From Spirochaetia bacterium (GTDB lineage: Bacteria; Spirochaetota; Spirochaetia; DSM-2461): a stretch of 64,000 nucleotides of DNA. Made by a program: the position numbers and the translations under genes. Below are positions 62,048 to 64,000 of this stretch, in pieces (position 1 is the first letter of the stretch; each line of letters starts with the position of its first letter). The notes below the pieces were generated by a model. That model was given only the letters and a program-made list of their open reading frames with translations. It made no database searches and was not told the DNA's origin. The stretch spans positions 1,664,001 through 1,728,000 of the forward strand of contig CAXXIA010000002.1 in the NCBI GenBank assembly GCA_963666985.2, in the 5' to 3' direction.

Positions 62048-62332
62048 CTATAAGTGCAGAATAAATTGTGAATTTTTATCGCGAACCTCAACCTTCAGTC
62101 CGCTTAATGTGGACAGAACAGCCATGGCGGCTTTTACATAACGCAAACCCGTTCGGGCCGGCGGTGAGAAGGATGAAACAATCAAGAGGCACAGCACGAG
62201 GACGGCGATAATGATGAAAAGCGGCAGCAGCAGAATCCAAACAAGAAACAGCGGAATCCACAGATTGACGTTTACGGGTTTTTTATCGTCGGCCGATTGT
62301 CTGACCAGAAGACGCATTCTCAACGGAATCAT
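62048..62332 (-). CDS. Small hypothetical membrane protein
   Basis: LWIPLFLVWILLLP TM; ATGA-coupled to DUF2089 gene. Confidence 0.75.
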   Translation of the reverse strand: MIPLRMRLLVRQSADDKKPVNVNLWIPLFLVWILLLPLFIIIAVLVLCLLIVSSFSPPARTGLRYVKAAMAVLSTLSGLKVEVRDKNSQFILHL

Positions 62333-62703
62333 TTCAATCTCTCCATGGCTTCGTCGAACGTAATTTCGCCGCGGTCGAGACTTTCAAGAACCTCTTTTCG
62401 GGTATCCGAATCCGTTTCCGGTCCGATGTCCACCCTGGGAACATCCAATCGGGACGCGATGCCGTTCAGCCGGTTTTTAACGGTGGGGTAACTGATGCCG
62501 AACAGCGATTCCATTTTTTTTATGGAACCGTGAGATGCCAGAAACGCCGCGGCGAAGAGCTGATCTTCTTCCGAGAGAGCCGCCAGCGGAGGGGGAGCGA
62601 AGTCCCCCTCCACGGCGATGCCGGAATCGGCAAGGCGAATTCGCTCGATTCGGAAGCTTTGTCCGTCCACGATTCGCATTAAGGATTTCCAGGAATGCCT
62701 CAT
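62329..62703 (-). CDS. DUF2089 family HTH protein
   Basis: LSEEDQLF...F....GSIKKME..FGISYPTVKNRL; C-terminal SHOCT-like LESLDRGEITFDEA. Confidence 0.85.
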   Translation of the reverse strand: MRHSWKSLMRIVDGQSFRIERIRLADSGIAVEGDFAPPPLAALSEEDQLFAAAFLASHGSIKKMESLFGISYPTVKNRLNGIASRLDVPRVDIGPETDSDTRKEVLESLDRGEITFDEAMERLK

Positions 62704-62914
62704 CTTTAACTCCTGTTATTAAAATAGTTCTTGAAATTAATAAAATCAATAGAAACTGAAAAAATAATTAATTATTTTAATTTGGGTTCTAAAAATATAT
62801 CATAGAGGGACTTTATCTCATGATGATGAGGGTCTTGGGCCGTCCGAGCGCCGAATTGGCACAATCGGTTTCATTCGCCTTCCCGTGCTTTCCCGAACCG
62901 GATACACTTCGGCT

Positions 62915-63526
62915 ATGCCCAAATTTCGGATTCCGGCCGGAACGGGCCGGTCCGATTTCACGGAAAAAAAATCACGCTTTATCGGCGAGGCTGTGAAAGC
63001 CCTTTCTCCCGAGGAAGCTCGTTCCAGGATTCGGGAGCTGCGGGAACAGCACCCGCGGGCGCGGCATGTCGCCTGGGCCTATGTTCTGGGGCATGACGGT
63101 GCTTTGGTGGGCCTGAGCGACGATGGTGAACCGCACGGAACCGCCGGGCGGCCGATTCTGGATCCTATTCAGGGTGCCGGACTTACGGAGACTCTGGTAA
63201 CGGTGGTACGGTATTTCGGCGGAGTGAAGCTGGGAACCGGCGGGCTTGTTTCGGCATACGGCCGGTGCGCCAAGGAGGCCGTTGAGGCTTTGCCGAAGGC
63301 GGATCTGGTGGAGCGGACGAGGATGGAAGTCCGGATGGACTATCCGCTGTTCGAACGAATCAAGCGATCGGCCGAAGAGATGGACGCTCTTATCGCCGAT
63401 GAGATTTTCGGAGCGGAAGTACGGCTGATCGCGGATGTTCCTTCCGCGCATGCCGAAGAGTTTATCCGTATCGTTGCGGATGTAAGCCGGGGATCGGCCG
63501 AAGTGATCTTATCGGAAAGCGGGTAA
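62915..63526 (+). CDS. YigZ/IMPACT family protein
   Basis: EKKSRFI, SDDGEPHGTAGRP, VVRYFGGVKLGTGGL..AY. Confidence 0.92.
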   Translation: MPKFRIPAGTGRSDFTEKKSRFIGEAVKALSPEEARSRIRELREQHPRARHVAWAYVLGHDGALVGLSDDGEPHGTAGRPILDPIQGAGLTETLVTVVRYFGGVKLGTGGLVSAYGRCAKEAVEALPKADLVERTRMEVRMDYPLFERIKRSAEEMDALIADEIFGAEVRLIADVPSAHAEEFIRIVADVSRGSAEVILSESG

Positions 63527-63613
63527 CACCGCCGCCGTATTTTGATATCGTAGGAAAAAACACCGTGCCGATTATTTGCGGCCGACGGCATTCGCCGCGA
63601 AAAGGAGAGATTC

Positions 63614-64000
63614 ATGGGCCGATGCATTGTTTCGGAAGCCGAAGCCGTTCTCGATAAGGAATATCCCGTTCTGGATAAGGGATTCGTTCGTCTGGTTGAT
63701 TACATGGGCGGTGATTCCCGGATTGTTCAGGCCGCAAGGGTTTCCTACGGCGCCGGGACGAAAACGGTTCGCCAGGATGCCGGGCTTATCGATTATCTGC
63801 TCCGGAACGAGCACACGTCTCCTTTTGAACAGGTTGTTTTCACGTTTCACGCGAAGATGCCGATTTTTGTGGCCAGGCAATGGATTCGTCATCGAACGGC
63901 CCGGCTGAATGAAATTTCCGGACGGTACAGCGTGATGGCCGATGAGTTCTACATGCCGCATCCCGACGATGTTGCCGAGCAGAGCACCGATAACAAACAG
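63614..64000 (+). CDS. thyX: FAD-dependent thymidylate synthase, truncated by window edge
   Basis: Manual translation: GFVRLVDYMG, AARVSY, HTSPFEQ, VARQWIRHRTARLNEISGRYS; AAGGAG RBS. Confidence 0.95.
   Translation, partial: MGRCIVSEAEAVLDKEYPVLDKGFVRLVDYMGGDSRIVQAARVSYGAGTKTVRQDAGLIDYLLRNEHTSPFEQVVFTFHAKMPIFVARQWIRHRTARLNEISGRYSVMADEFYMPHPDDVAEQSTDNKQ

Noticed and set aside
62856..62875. Possible sigma54 promoter TGGCAC upstream of yigZ
   Set aside because: No TTGC at the -12 position

Overview
Replication-origin region of a spirochaete (Spirochaetales-like) chromosome. The core is dnaA-dnaN-recF-DciA(DUF721)-rpmH-rnpA-yidD-yidC-jag on the minus strand, with gyrB-gyrA divergent. oriC, with DnaA boxes and a DnaA-trio/AT-rich unwinding element, lies between dnaA and dnaN. 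Nearby are two perfect parS sites, parAB, a cluster of four tRNA-Ser genes plus tRNA-Arg(GCG), SRP RNA and dnaX-ybaB-recR. Housekeeping genes (hisA, pyrC, lysA, malQ plus a large GH13, proS, murA, aspartate kinase, thrC, thyX) fill the rest. Most notable observations: (1) dnaX is split across two frames at an A10 run, consistent with slippage or frameshift producing gamma and tau. (2) Two satellite clusters of paired DnaA boxes flank oriC about 11 kb and 7 kb away, both between convergent genes. (3) At least ten genes have a -10 box 6-8 nt before the start codon and no SD, i.e. leaderless architecture. (4) A two-copy MITE family with 4-bp target duplications sits at stop codons. (5) One parS doubles as the gyrA terminator stem. 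(6) Anti-T-arm motifs follow three tRNA-Ser genes. (7) A sigma54 activator has a pseudo-receiver, an altered GAFTGA loop and no HTH. All calls are from motif reading only; no database searches were run.
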